From NCBI GenBank assembly GCA_965249725.1, contig CBDFMQ010000002.1, forward strand, positions 1,792,001 to 1,856,000: a stretch of DNA of 64,000 bases, given 5' to 3'. Made by a program: the position numbers and the translations under genes. The first letter of the stretch is position 1, and each line of letters opens with the position of its first letter. The DNA comes from Longimicrobiales bacterium. GTDB taxonomy: Bacteria > Gemmatimonadota > Gemmatimonadetes > Longimicrobiales > Gaopeijiaceae. This document shows, in pieces, positions 37,184 through 46,170 of the stretch. A model generated the notes under the pieces. That model searched no databases. It had not been told where the DNA came from and saw nothing but the letters and a program-made list of their open reading frames with translations.

Positions 37184-37957
37184 ATGAATCGAATCGAGGG
37201 AAAGACCGCCGTCATCACAGGCGCGACGTCCGGAATCGGCAAGTCCTGCGCCCGCCAGTTTGCCGAACGCGGGGCCAACCTGGTTCTGCTCGCACGCAGG
37301 GAGGAGCGGCTCGAGGCCCTACGGGACGAGTTGTCCGAAACGGGGGTCAACGTCGAAGTCAGGGTCCACGACGTCCGAGACCGGACGCTGGCCAACGAGT
37401 TGGCCGACGACCTGAAGGAGCGGGGCATCGCCCCGGACATCCTCCTCAACAATGCGGGCCTCGGTCGCGGCCTGGGAACGATCCAGGAAGGCGATATCGA
37501 GGACTGGGAGGAAATGATAGACACCAACGTCAAAGGACTCCTTTACATGACCAGGGCGATCCTGCCGCTCATGGTCGAACGCGACCAAGGCCACGTCATC
37601 AACATCGGGAGCATCGCCGGACTGTGGGTGTACCCGGCTGGCAACGTGTACAACGCGACGAAGTTCGCGGTGCATGCGCTCAACGAGGCAATGAGCATCG
37701 ATCTCGTCGGAACGAACGTCCGGGTGTCGAGCATCGACCCAGGAGCCGTCGAAACAGAGTTCTCGCTCGTGCGATTCCACGGGGATGAGGAAAGGGCGGA
37801 GAAGATCTACCAGGGTTACACACCCCTCGCTCCGGATGACGTAGCCGACGCCGTGTGCTACGTGGCCAACGCTCCGCCCCACGTCGACATCCTCCAGTTA
37901 GTCATGATGTGCACCGCCCAACGATCCGCCACCGTCTTCCACAAGGAGATTCCGTGA
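37184..37957 (+). CDS. SDR, YdfG/Sdh-like NADP-dependent 3-hydroxy acid dehydrogenase
   Basis: TGATSGIG, ARR, NNAGL, VYNATK, PGAVETEFS.VRFHGD. Confidence 0.92.
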   Translation: MNRIEGKTAVITGATSGIGKSCARQFAERGANLVLLARREERLEALRDELSETGVNVEVRVHDVRDRTLANELADDLKERGIAPDILLNNAGLGRGLGTIQEGDIEDWEEMIDTNVKGLLYMTRAILPLMVERDQGHVINIGSIAGLWVYPAGNVYNATKFAVHALNEAMSIDLVGTNVRVSSIDPGAVETEFSLVRFHGDEERAEKIYQGYTPLAPDDVADAVCYVANAPPHVDILQLVMMCTAQRSATVFHKEIP

Positions 37958-37972
37958 GGAGGAGAGTGGCGC

Positions 37973-39196
37973 TTGAGCCCATATAGGTCGTCTCCCGCTC
38001 TCATCGTTTTCGCCTTATGGCTCCTGGTCTTCGCTGCCAGCAGCCAGATCATGATCATCTCACCGATTCTCCCCCGAATCGGCGAGGAACTCGGAATCGC
38101 AGAATCCGTCCTCGGCACGCTGGTATCGGCCTACTCCATCATGGTCGGTGCGTTCGCCATCATCTCGGGCCCGATATCGGACAAGATCGGACGCCGCCGC
38201 ATCCTGCTGCTGGGATCGGGCTTGATGACCCTGGCGTTGCTGATGCACCACTTCGTCGTGGGGTACTACTCGTTCCTGGCGGTTCGGGTGGGCGCTGGGC
38301 TCGCGGGCGGAATCCTGAGTGGATCCGCCGTGGCCTATGTCGGTGACTACTTCCCGTACAACAAGCGAGGCTGGGCCACCGGGTGGGTGATGAGCGGGAT
38401 GGCCGCCGGCCAGATCGCGGGCATCCCGCTCGGAATCGTACTCGCCGGCGCCTTCGGCTTCCGCGCTCCCTTCTACCTGTTCGCCGGCGCGATGGCGATG
38501 ACCTGGCTGCTCATCTGGTTGCGTGTGCCACAGCCGGACGTGAAACGCACCCGCGGTCCCCTCAGCGTCGTCAGAGCCATCCGCGGGTACAAAAAGCTGC
38601 TAAGACGGAAAGAGGTCGCCTCGGCGACTGTGGCCTACTTCCTGATGTTCATGGGAGTCTCACTGTACGTGGTCTATCTGCCGTACTGGCTCGAGCAGGA
38701 CCTCGGCGTCACTCCTGGTGCGATAGCCCTCATGTTCGTGGTGGGCGGAATCGCCAACGTGCTGACGGGCCCTCAGGCCGGAAGGCTCTCGGATCGGATC
38801 GGCCGCAAGCGTATCGTGATCCTATCCAGCCTCGGACTCGCGGTCGTGATGACGTTGACCACCTGGGCCATCCGAGGCTCAGGCACCGCCTACGTCCTCT
38901 TCTTCATCACCATGGTCCTAGTGGCCATGCGCATGAGCCCGTTCTCGGCCCTTTTGACGGCCCTGGTGAGCGACGACCGCCGCGGTTCACTCATGAGCCT
39001 GGCGGTCGCCATCGGTCAGGTCGGGTTTGCGATGGGGGCGGCGGTGGCCGGTCCACTCTACACGCGTTTCGGCTTTGTGAGCGACACGGTACTCGGGGCC
39101 ATCGCCGTCATGGCCATGGCGGCCGTGGTGGCCTATCTGGTACCGGAACCGGACCTGGAGGCCCTCCCCACCACTGTGGTTGGCGCGGCAGACTGA
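37973..39196 (+). CDS. MFS transporter (DHA1-like)
   Basis: About 12 hydrophobic segments; motif A GPISDKIGRR and GRLSDRIGRK. Confidence 0.92.
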   Translation: MSPYRSSPALIVFALWLLVFAASSQIMIISPILPRIGEELGIAESVLGTLVSAYSIMVGAFAIISGPISDKIGRRRILLLGSGLMTLALLMHHFVVGYYSFLAVRVGAGLAGGILSGSAVAYVGDYFPYNKRGWATGWVMSGMAAGQIAGIPLGIVLAGAFGFRAPFYLFAGAMAMTWLLIWLRVPQPDVKRTRGPLSVVRAIRGYKKLLRRKEVASATVAYFLMFMGVSLYVVYLPYWLEQDLGVTPGAIALMFVVGGIANVLTGPQAGRLSDRIGRKRIVILSSLGLAVVMTLTTWAIRGSGTAYVLFFITMVLVAMRMSPFSALLTALVSDDRRGSLMSLAVAIGQVGFAMGAAVAGPLYTRFGFVSDTVLGAIAVMAMAAVVAYLVPEPDLEALPTTVVGAAD

Positions 39197-39362
39197 GCCG
39201 ACGGGAGCCGGACACTACCCGGACCAGCGGTCCGCCGTCGCCGAGGGTAGTCAGGTGCTCAAGAGGACGAGATGCGGTAAAATACGTGGAGGGGTCTCGC
39301 ACCCTCGCCGATCCGGAGACCCGGATCCCCCCTCGACATATGCGTAGGAGCAGCCACACCTG

Positions 39363-40427
39363 GTGAGCACGCCTCAGAACAAAGCCCCGATCCTACTCGT
39401 GGAGGACGCGGTAGATCAGATCCTCCTCCTGAGAACGCTCATCGAGCAGGCGGGTCCCTATCACGTCACGTCCGCGCAGGACGGGCAAAAGGGGCTCGAG
39501 CTGCTCCTGGGAGGCGGGTGGGCCCTGGCGCTTATCGACCTGAACCTGCCGGGGCTCGACGGAATCGAAGTGATCCAACGGGGAAAGGAGGCGCACCCCG
39601 ACATTCCGATCGTGGCGATCACCGGCTCTACGAGTAGCCTGATGATCGACGGCGCCTTCCGCGCCGGGGCCGAATACGTGATGAACAAGCCCATCGAACG
39701 CGATGAACTCCTACGGAAGGTCAGGGAGTTCGTGCAGATCGAGGGTGAGGGGCAAGTCCGTTCGGGCCCAGCTGCCGGGGACCTCGATTCCGGCGAGAGC
39801 GCCCCCGACGAGGACGGTGTCGACGGTGCTGCGGCAACCGGTCCGACCGTGGTGGCCGTCGGCGCCCAACCGGGCGATGTCGAGATGGGCTGCGGGGGTA
39901 TTCTCTTCAAGCACCGAGCCGAGGGACATCACGTCGTGATTCTGAACCTAGCCGGTGGTGGGGACCCGCACTCCAACCAGGCCACCGCCGCTGTGCGCGC
40001 CGCCGGAGTCCTGGGAGCCCAACTGACGAGCGTGGGGGACGACGGCACCATCGATCTGGAGGCGGCCACCGAGCTACTGGAGTCCGTAATCGCCGAGACC
40101 AGCCCCGGCATGCTCTACCTTCCGACGGCGTCCTCACAGAGACACAGTTCGGTCGAGAGCAACAGGGTCGCGCTCGCCGCGGCCGAGGGTGTTCGAAACG
40201 TCCTCGCCTACGAGTGTCCTACCGCGACCCCGGATTTTCGTCCTCAGTTCTTCGTCGACGTGGGCCCGTTCATGGCCAGGAAGAAGGAAATGCTCCTGCC
40301 CTACGGCGACCTCGGCCTAGAGAACGTAGACCCGGAGTTGGCAGCCGCGACCGCCCGATACTGGGGGCGATTCATGGATCCGGAACTGGTCGAGCCCTTG
40401 GAGGTCATTCGGCGCGGGGGCTCCTGA
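39363..40427 (+). CDS. Response-regulator receiver fused to a degenerate PIG-L/LmbE deacetylase-like domain
   Basis: REC: LLVED, IDLNLPGLDG, AITG, NKP. C-terminal VAVGAQPGDVEMGCGG (canonical AHPDD), YECP, FRPQFFVDV..K, YWG. Confidence 0.82.
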   Translation: MSTPQNKAPILLVEDAVDQILLLRTLIEQAGPYHVTSAQDGQKGLELLLGGGWALALIDLNLPGLDGIEVIQRGKEAHPDIPIVAITGSTSSLMIDGAFRAGAEYVMNKPIERDELLRKVREFVQIEGEGQVRSGPAAGDLDSGESAPDEDGVDGAAATGPTVVAVGAQPGDVEMGCGGILFKHRAEGHHVVILNLAGGGDPHSNQATAAVRAAGVLGAQLTSVGDDGTIDLEAATELLESVIAETSPGMLYLPTASSQRHSSVESNRVALAAAEGVRNVLAYECPTATPDFRPQFFVDVGPFMARKKEMLLPYGDLGLENVDPELAAATARYWGRFMDPELVEPLEVIRRGGS

Positions 40428-40545
40428 TCCGGCGCGGGAATGTAGCCGCCACGGGTCTCGATCGATTAGAATACTCTAGTTTCCCCACGCCGCCGGACGC
40501 CACTAGCGTTCGGCGGCACCTTTTCCCAAGGTCCGGAGGCGACCC

Positions 40546-41574
40546 TTGGCCCAATCGCCGAGGCTGGATTTCGAGCGTGACATCGTCGAGGTCCAGGAAC
40601 AGATTGACGGGTTGGTAGCATCCGCCGAGCGAAGCGGCTTCGACGTTTCCGCCGAACTGAGGGAGCTCCGGACCAAGTTGGACACGCTCAAAGAGTCCAC
40701 CTACCAGAACCTGACCCCCATGGAGCAGGTCCAGGTAGCGCGGCACCAGGACCGTCCATACACGCTCGACTACATCGAGCGCATCTTCACCGATTGGATG
40801 GAATTGCACGGCGACCGGACTTTCCGGGACGACGAAGCCATCGTGGGTGGATGGGCCACGCTCGACGGTGCTACAACCATGGTCATCGGGCACCAGAAGG
40901 GCCGCGACATGAAGGAGAACCTCCACCGAAACTTCGGCATGGCCCACCCGGAGGGATATCGGAAGGCCCTCAGACTCATGCGCCAGGCGGAGAAGTTCGG
41001 TCGACCGGTGGTGACGTTCATCGACACTCCCGGCGCGTATCCCGGCCTGGGCTCAGAGGAGAGAGGGATTTCGGAAGCCATCGCCCTCAACCTGCGTGAG
41101 ATGGCCCGTCTGCGGGTCCCTCTGATCTCCATCGTCATCGGTGAGGGCGGCTCCGGTGGCGCCCTCGGGCTCGGGGTGACGGACCGGATCCTCATGCTCG
41201 AGCATTCGGTCTATTCGGTGATTTCTCCCGAAGGCTGCGCAGCCATCCTGTGGCGCTCTCGAGACTTCAAGGCCGACGCGGCGACCGCCCTCAAGCTGAC
41301 CTCGAAGGACCTCGTCGCGCTGGGCGTCGCGGACGAGATCATCCCGGAGCCGGCGGGTGGGGCGCACTCGGACTGGGAAGCCACCGCCGCCGCCGTGAAG
41401 GAAGCCGTCACCCGCAACCTCGTCGAGCTGAAGAACACCAAGGTCAAAGACCTTCTCGAGCGGCGATGGAACAAATACGAGACCATGGGAGAGTGGACCG
41501 AGTCTGCCACCGAGTCCGCCACCGAGTCCGCGTCCGGGTCCGAATCGGCCTCCGGATCGCTGGGCGGGGCTTAG
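40546..41574 (+). CDS. accA: Acetyl-CoA carboxylase carboxyltransferase alpha subunit
   Basis: LDFE, ARHQDRP, ELHGDR, PEGYRKALR, DTPGAYPG, GEGGSGGAL, YSVISPEGCA; TTG start with GGAGG. Confidence 0.97.
   Translation: MAQSPRLDFERDIVEVQEQIDGLVASAERSGFDVSAELRELRTKLDTLKESTYQNLTPMEQVQVARHQDRPYTLDYIERIFTDWMELHGDRTFRDDEAIVGGWATLDGATTMVIGHQKGRDMKENLHRNFGMAHPEGYRKALRLMRQAEKFGRPVVTFIDTPGAYPGLGSEERGISEAIALNLREMARLRVPLISIVIGEGGSGGALGLGVTDRILMLEHSVYSVISPEGCAAILWRSRDFKADAATALKLTSKDLVALGVADEIIPEPAGGAHSDWEATAAAVKEAVTRNLVELKNTKVKDLLERRWNKYETMGEWTESATESATESASGSESASGSLGGA
41497..41559 (+). repeat. 12-bp tandem repeat forming a TESA/SGS tail on AccA
   Basis: accgagtctgcc, accgagtccgcc, accgagtccgcg, then degenerate copies. 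Confidence 0.8.
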
Positions 41575-41580
41575 GGAACT

Positions 41581-42414
41581 GTGGCCAGCTTCGCAGAGGT
41601 CCGTTTCAAAGGCACCCGCAGGGAGTACTTCGCCTACCAGGACCTGGAACTCCGACCCGGATCGAAGGTGATCGTCGAGGCCGACCGCGGTGAGGATCTC
41701 GGCGAGGTGACGGCCCTCGGGACCATCGCGGAACGCAAGTGCGGCTCTTCAGGTGGCTGTGCCACTCCCCTCCCCGAAAAGCAGGTCCTCCGGTTCGCGA
41801 GAGATGGAGAGGCCGCAAAGGTCCCGGACCTGAGGGACGACGAGCATCGCGTCCGTACCGAGACACGAAAATTGGTCCAGCGGCATCAGCTGAAGATGAA
41901 GGTCACCGAAGCCGAGTGGCAGTTCGACAAGAACAAGCTGATCGTCTACTTCACGGCGGAGCGTCGGGTCGACTTTCGAGAACTCGTCCGTGATCTGGCT
42001 CGCACGTTCAGGACTCGCATCGAGCTCAAACAAATCGGCGTCCGCGATGAGGCGGCGCTGCTCGGGGGGGTCGGCCGGTGCGGCCGTGAACTCTGCTGCT
42101 CGACCTGGCTGCCCGACTTGAAGCCGGTCAGCCTCCAGCTCGCCAAGGACCAGAGGCTCTCGCTCAATCCCGCCCAGATCTCGGGTTGCTGCGGGCGACT
42201 CATGTGCTGCCTCATGTACGAGCACAAGACGTACGTCGAGGCCCGACGCCGATTCCCGCGGGAAGGTAAGATCCTGAAGACCGACCACGGAGACGAACGC
42301 GTCGTTGCCGTCGACATCTGGAGAGAGACGGTCACTCTTCGCTCGGAAGTGGGAGACCGCCGCACCGTACCCCTGGAGGAACTCAAGGGCGAAGTAACCC
42401 ACAAGCCCAATTGA
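41581..42414 (+). CDS. ricT: PSP1-domain Fe-S protein RicT (YaaT)
   Basis: YFTAERRVDFRELVRDLA, RIELKQIGVRDEA, GRCGRELCC, ISGCCGRLMCCL.YE. Confidence 0.92.
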   Translation: MASFAEVRFKGTRREYFAYQDLELRPGSKVIVEADRGEDLGEVTALGTIAERKCGSSGGCATPLPEKQVLRFARDGEAAKVPDLRDDEHRVRTETRKLVQRHQLKMKVTEAEWQFDKNKLIVYFTAERRVDFRELVRDLARTFRTRIELKQIGVRDEAALLGGVGRCGRELCCSTWLPDLKPVSLQLAKDQRLSLNPAQISGCCGRLMCCLMYEHKTYVEARRRFPREGKILKTDHGDERVVAVDIWRETVTLRSEVGDRRTVPLEELKGEVTHKPN

Positions 42415-42444
42415 GTCTCCTTCTGTAACGCAGATGATGACCCC

Positions 42445-43983
42445 TTGAACCGGCGCTACCTCACCACACCGATCTACTACGCCTCCGGCGAGCCCCATCT
42501 GGGGCACGCCTACACCACGGTGCTCACCGACTTCCTGGCCAGATACTATCGGCAGACCGGGGCCGACGTGCTCTTCCTGACGGGGACCGACGAACACGGT
42601 CAGAAGATGCAGGAGGCGGCCGCAGCGCAGGACCTGACCCCTCTCGAATTGGCCGATCAGATGGCCGAGCGCTTCGAGGCGGCTTGGAAGGACCTGAACA
42701 TCTCCCACGATCGCTTCATTCGGACGACGGAAGCCGAGCACGTGGGCGTGGTCACCACCATCCTGGAACGCCTGTGGGCGAAGGGGCAGATCTACGAAGA
42801 CGTCTACAGCGGCTGGTATTGCGTCCAAGACGAACGGTACTGGACCGAGAAGGACGTGGGGCCGGACCACCTCTGTCCCGACTGCAAGAGGCCGGTGACC
42901 TACGTGGAGGAGAAGAACTACTTCTTCCGCATGAGCGAGTACCAGCAGCGGCTCATCCAGCACATCGAGGACCACCCTCGCTGGATCGTCCCCGAAACCC
43001 GGCGGAACGAGATCCTCGGTTTTCTGGCCCAGCCGCTCCAGGATCTCTCCATCTCACGCCCCAAGTCGAGGCTGCAGTGGGGCATCACGCTGTCCTTCGA
43101 CGACGAGCACGTCTGTTATGTCTGGGTCGACGCCCTCATCAACTACGTGACCGCTTCGGGTGTGCTCGACCCTGAGGGCGGTGCGGACCAACCCGGTTTT
43201 ACAGACCCCGGCGACTCCTGGTGGCCGGCCGACATGCACCTGATCGGAAAAGACATCCTCACGACCCACGCGGTGTACTGGCCCACGATTCTGATGGCCG
43301 CGGACCTCGATCTTCCCCGACAGATCCTCGCTCACGGGTGGTGGGTGGCCGGCGAGACGAAGATGTCCAAGTCGCTGGGCAACGTGGTCGATCCTCTTGC
43401 GCTCAGAGAGGACTTCGGAACGGACGGTGTACGCTGGTACCTGATGAGGGACATGCCGACCGGCGCCGACGCGTCCTATACCCCCGAGAGGTTCCTGGCG
43501 CGGTACGAAGAGCTGGCGAACGTGCTCGGCAACCTGGCGAGCCGTGCGACGTCCATGATCGTCAAGTATCGCGATGGCGTCGTCCCGGACGCACCGGGGT
43601 CCGGCTTGGACGAAGAGATCCGGGCGACCTTGGACGCGGTGGCCGCGCATATGGACGCCCTTCGCATACACGACGCTCTGGCATCCGCCATGGATCTGGC
43701 CCGCCATGCGAACGGGTACGTGGACACCCGAGAGCCCTGGGCACAGGCAAAGGACCCGAGTCGATCGGGAGAGTTGGACGAGACGCTTGCGACCCTCGCC
43801 CGGGCCCTCACGGTGCTCACTGCGCTTTTCCTGCCGGTGACCCCGGAAAAAATGACCGACCTGGCAAAAATGTTGGGTCTGGACGGCGTCCCGCCGATCG
43901 AGGAGGCGGTGTCAAAAAACCTTACAGGACTTACGGTTACCAAAGGAACGCCGCTGTTCCCGAAGCCCGAGATGAACGCTTGA
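42445..43983 (+). CDS. metG: Methionine--tRNA ligase (short form, no C-terminal Trbp111-like domain)
   Basis: TTPIYY, HLGH, TGTDEHGQK, Zn-knuckle Cys residues, YVWVDAL, GKDI, KMSKS. Confidence 0.97.
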   Translation: MNRRYLTTPIYYASGEPHLGHAYTTVLTDFLARYYRQTGADVLFLTGTDEHGQKMQEAAAAQDLTPLELADQMAERFEAAWKDLNISHDRFIRTTEAEHVGVVTTILERLWAKGQIYEDVYSGWYCVQDERYWTEKDVGPDHLCPDCKRPVTYVEEKNYFFRMSEYQQRLIQHIEDHPRWIVPETRRNEILGFLAQPLQDLSISRPKSRLQWGITLSFDDEHVCYVWVDALINYVTASGVLDPEGGADQPGFTDPGDSWWPADMHLIGKDILTTHAVYWPTILMAADLDLPRQILAHGWWVAGETKMSKSLGNVVDPLALREDFGTDGVRWYLMRDMPTGADASYTPERFLARYEELANVLGNLASRATSMIVKYRDGVVPDAPGSGLDEEIRATLDAVAAHMDALRIHDALASAMDLARHANGYVDTREPWAQAKDPSRSGELDETLATLARALTVLTALFLPVTPEKMTDLAKMLGLDGVPPIEEAVSKNLTGLTVTKGTPLFPKPEMNA

Positions 43984-44008
43984 CATCTCGACCGACGCCG
44001 GGTATGTT
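43980..44008 (+). promoter_or_regulatory. Sigma70 promoter overlapping the metG stop codon
   Basis: TTGACA (43980-43985), 17 nt, TATGTT (44003-44008). Confidence 0.7.
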
Positions 44009-44108
44009 TTCTGCTCCACCCTGGAGGATCAGGTACGATCCCTCCGTATGTGCCACGACCATTGTGGACCACGGGGAATCCTCTCGACAAAGGTGAATAC
44101 ACGCACGT

Positions 44109-45038
44109 ATGGCTGACCAACGCTGGACTTTCCTGTGCATGTCGGACGAGGGAAGCCCGATTCGCCAATACAGTGCGTCCTCACGGACCCTCCACTACCT
44201 CGGCTCCGTGTTGGGCGGTTTCACCGTCCTGGTGACGGGGCTGGCCACATTTGTGGCCGTGGACGGCTCCGCCCGGTACGAGGCACACCAGCTCAAGCAG
44301 GAGAAGACGCTCCTCACTCAGGAGCTTCTGACGATTCAGACCCGGGTCGCTCAGATGGAGAGCTCCATCGATGGCCTCATCGATCAGGACGAACAGTTCC
44401 GTCTTCTTGCGGGCCTCGGCACCATCGATGAAGAGATCTTCCAGGTAGGGGTCGGAGGGCCCGGCATGCTGACGCCCGAGTCCAGCCCGCTCTGGAATGC
44501 AGATCCGACTACGGCGAAGGAGACGTTCGCGACGTCGTACGACCTATTGGCTCTCGAGCGCCGTGCCAGACTGCTGTCGGAGAGTCTCGCTGAAGCTACC
44601 GACAGCCTGGAGGCTAACCACGACCGCCTCGAGTCGACCCCGTCGATCGTCCCGACCGAAGGGCTCCTGAGCAGCGGATTCAGCTATGCACGACTGCATC
44701 CGATCTATCACAAGGAGCTCCCGCATCCGGGCATCGACCTCCACGCCCTCAAGGGGACGCCCATTCTGGCAGCCGCCAAGGGTTCGGTCTCGTATACCGG
44801 GTGGAAGGTGGGGTACGGAAACACGATCGAGGTCAACCACGGTTTTGGATTCATGACCCGCTACGCCCACGCATCGGAAATCATGGTCCAAAAGGGCCAG
44901 AAGATCGCGCGGGGCGACGTGCTCGGCCAGGTCGGCCGAACGGGAACCGCCACCGCCGATCACCTGCACTACGAGGTCTGGGACGGTGGCAAAGCGAAGA
45001 ATCCCCTGGACTACGTGCTGAGCGGGGTCATCCCCTAG
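44109..45038 (+). CDS. M23 family peptidoglycan endopeptidase
   Basis: TM anchor, coiled coil, HPGID, GYGNTIEVNHG, TRYAH, HLHYEV. Confidence 0.93.
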   Translation: MADQRWTFLCMSDEGSPIRQYSASSRTLHYLGSVLGGFTVLVTGLATFVAVDGSARYEAHQLKQEKTLLTQELLTIQTRVAQMESSIDGLIDQDEQFRLLAGLGTIDEEIFQVGVGGPGMLTPESSPLWNADPTTAKETFATSYDLLALERRARLLSESLAEATDSLEANHDRLESTPSIVPTEGLLSSGFSYARLHPIYHKELPHPGIDLHALKGTPILAAAKGSVSYTGWKVGYGNTIEVNHGFGFMTRYAHASEIMVQKGQKIARGDVLGQVGRTGTATADHLHYEVWDGGKAKNPLDYVLSGVIP

Positions 45039-45062
45039 CACGACACTCGCGAGCGGTTATTG

Positions 45063-45085
45063 AGGCGCCCCCAGGGCGCCTTTTT
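45063..45085 (+). terminator. Intrinsic terminator
   Basis: AGGCGCCC-CCA-GGGCGCCT followed by TTTT. Confidence 0.7.
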
Positions 45086-45259
45086 CGTTGGCGCCTACCC
45101 GGCTCTCCAAGCCTAGAGCCGCTTCTTCTCGCATCCGTCTTCTGAGGATCGCGATCGACCCTGTGGACCTAACCGGTCAATCGGTTACGTTTACCTTGAT
45201 TGGGCCCCTTACGGGTAGTACCTTGGGCCACTTTTTTGAAACGTGTAACGGAGTTGGAC

Positions 45260-46030
45260 ATGACGCGAAGCAAGCTTCTGCTGGGTGTGCTCGGTACGGC
45301 ACTTCTCGCAGCCTGCGGCCCCACTCAGGTTGTGGTGACCGCCGAGCTGAGTTCTGACGACCAGGCGTCCCCGGCGAGAGCCTTGGGCGATCTGGAGATT
45401 CGAATCTTCCCGTACGATCGCGATGTCATCTTCGATTCCTTGACGGCGGCGGCGACCACTCCCGAGCCTTCCATTCCCGATTCTGTGCTGAACGCTCAGA
45501 CGGCCGTCCGGGATGCTCAGCAGGCATGGCGCGACACCGAAGGTCGCTGGAACGTCCTACGCGACACGCTGCAGACCCTCAGTGAGTCGCTCGACGGCAT
45601 GAGTCGCGGAAGCGGCACGTACCGGGTTCTTTTCCGTGATTTCCAGGACCTCGAGTCCCAGTACAACAGTGTGGAGCGCGCGCGGGACCGAGCCTTCGAG
45701 AGCTTCACGTCTCTGCAAGAAGCGTCGATCGCAGCGGCCGAGGAGGTCAAGTTGCTCCGTGATCAGTGGGCCGACGAGGCCTTCGCCGAGGTGGGGGCCA
45801 TCATGGCCTCCCGTCAACAGGCCTCCGGACGTGACGTCCTGTGGGATACCACCGACGCCAGTGGCGTAGCGGGCGGCTTAGAGGCCGAGGCAGGCGCGTG
45901 GTGGGTGTCAGCGCGCTACGAGTTGCCCTATACGGAACTGTATTGGAACGTCCCGCTCACCGTTGAGGGAGGAGACCCGGTTCAGGTGCGTTTGACCCGG
46001 GACAACGCGACGTCGCGACCCAAGCTGTAA
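45260..46030 (+). CDS. Hypothetical lipoprotein with a coiled-coil insert
   Basis: SD GGAG, lipobox LAAC, GC3-biased codons. Confidence 0.8.
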   Translation: MTRSKLLLGVLGTALLAACGPTQVVVTAELSSDDQASPARALGDLEIRIFPYDRDVIFDSLTAAATTPEPSIPDSVLNAQTAVRDAQQAWRDTEGRWNVLRDTLQTLSESLDGMSRGSGTYRVLFRDFQDLESQYNSVERARDRAFESFTSLQEASIAAAEEVKLLRDQWADEAFAEVGAIMASRQQASGRDVLWDTTDASGVAGGLEAEAGAWWVSARYELPYTELYWNVPLTVEGGDPVQVRLTRDNATSRPKL

Positions 46031-46050
46031 ATCGTCGCATTCTACGGACC

Positions 46051-46087
46051 GAAGGCCCCGGAGATCGCTCGCGATCCCGGGGCTTTC
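46051..46087 (+). terminator. Probable terminator hairpin
   Basis: GAAGGCCCCGG-A-GATCGC-TC-GCGATC-CCGGGGCTTTC, 20 nt after the stop. Confidence 0.6.
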
Positions 46088-46170
46088 TCGTATCCGGGCC
46101 GGTCGGAAGACTGTAGCTTGAGGGGGAGCCACACTCGGAGCCTCCTGACGAAGTGGGGTGCGGCGCGCAC

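Noticed and set aside
39278..39362. Structured 5' leaders as riboswitches (also 44009-44108)
   Set aside because: Hairpins are present but I recognise no riboswitch consensus, and such stems are common at this GC content; an Rfam scan would be needed.
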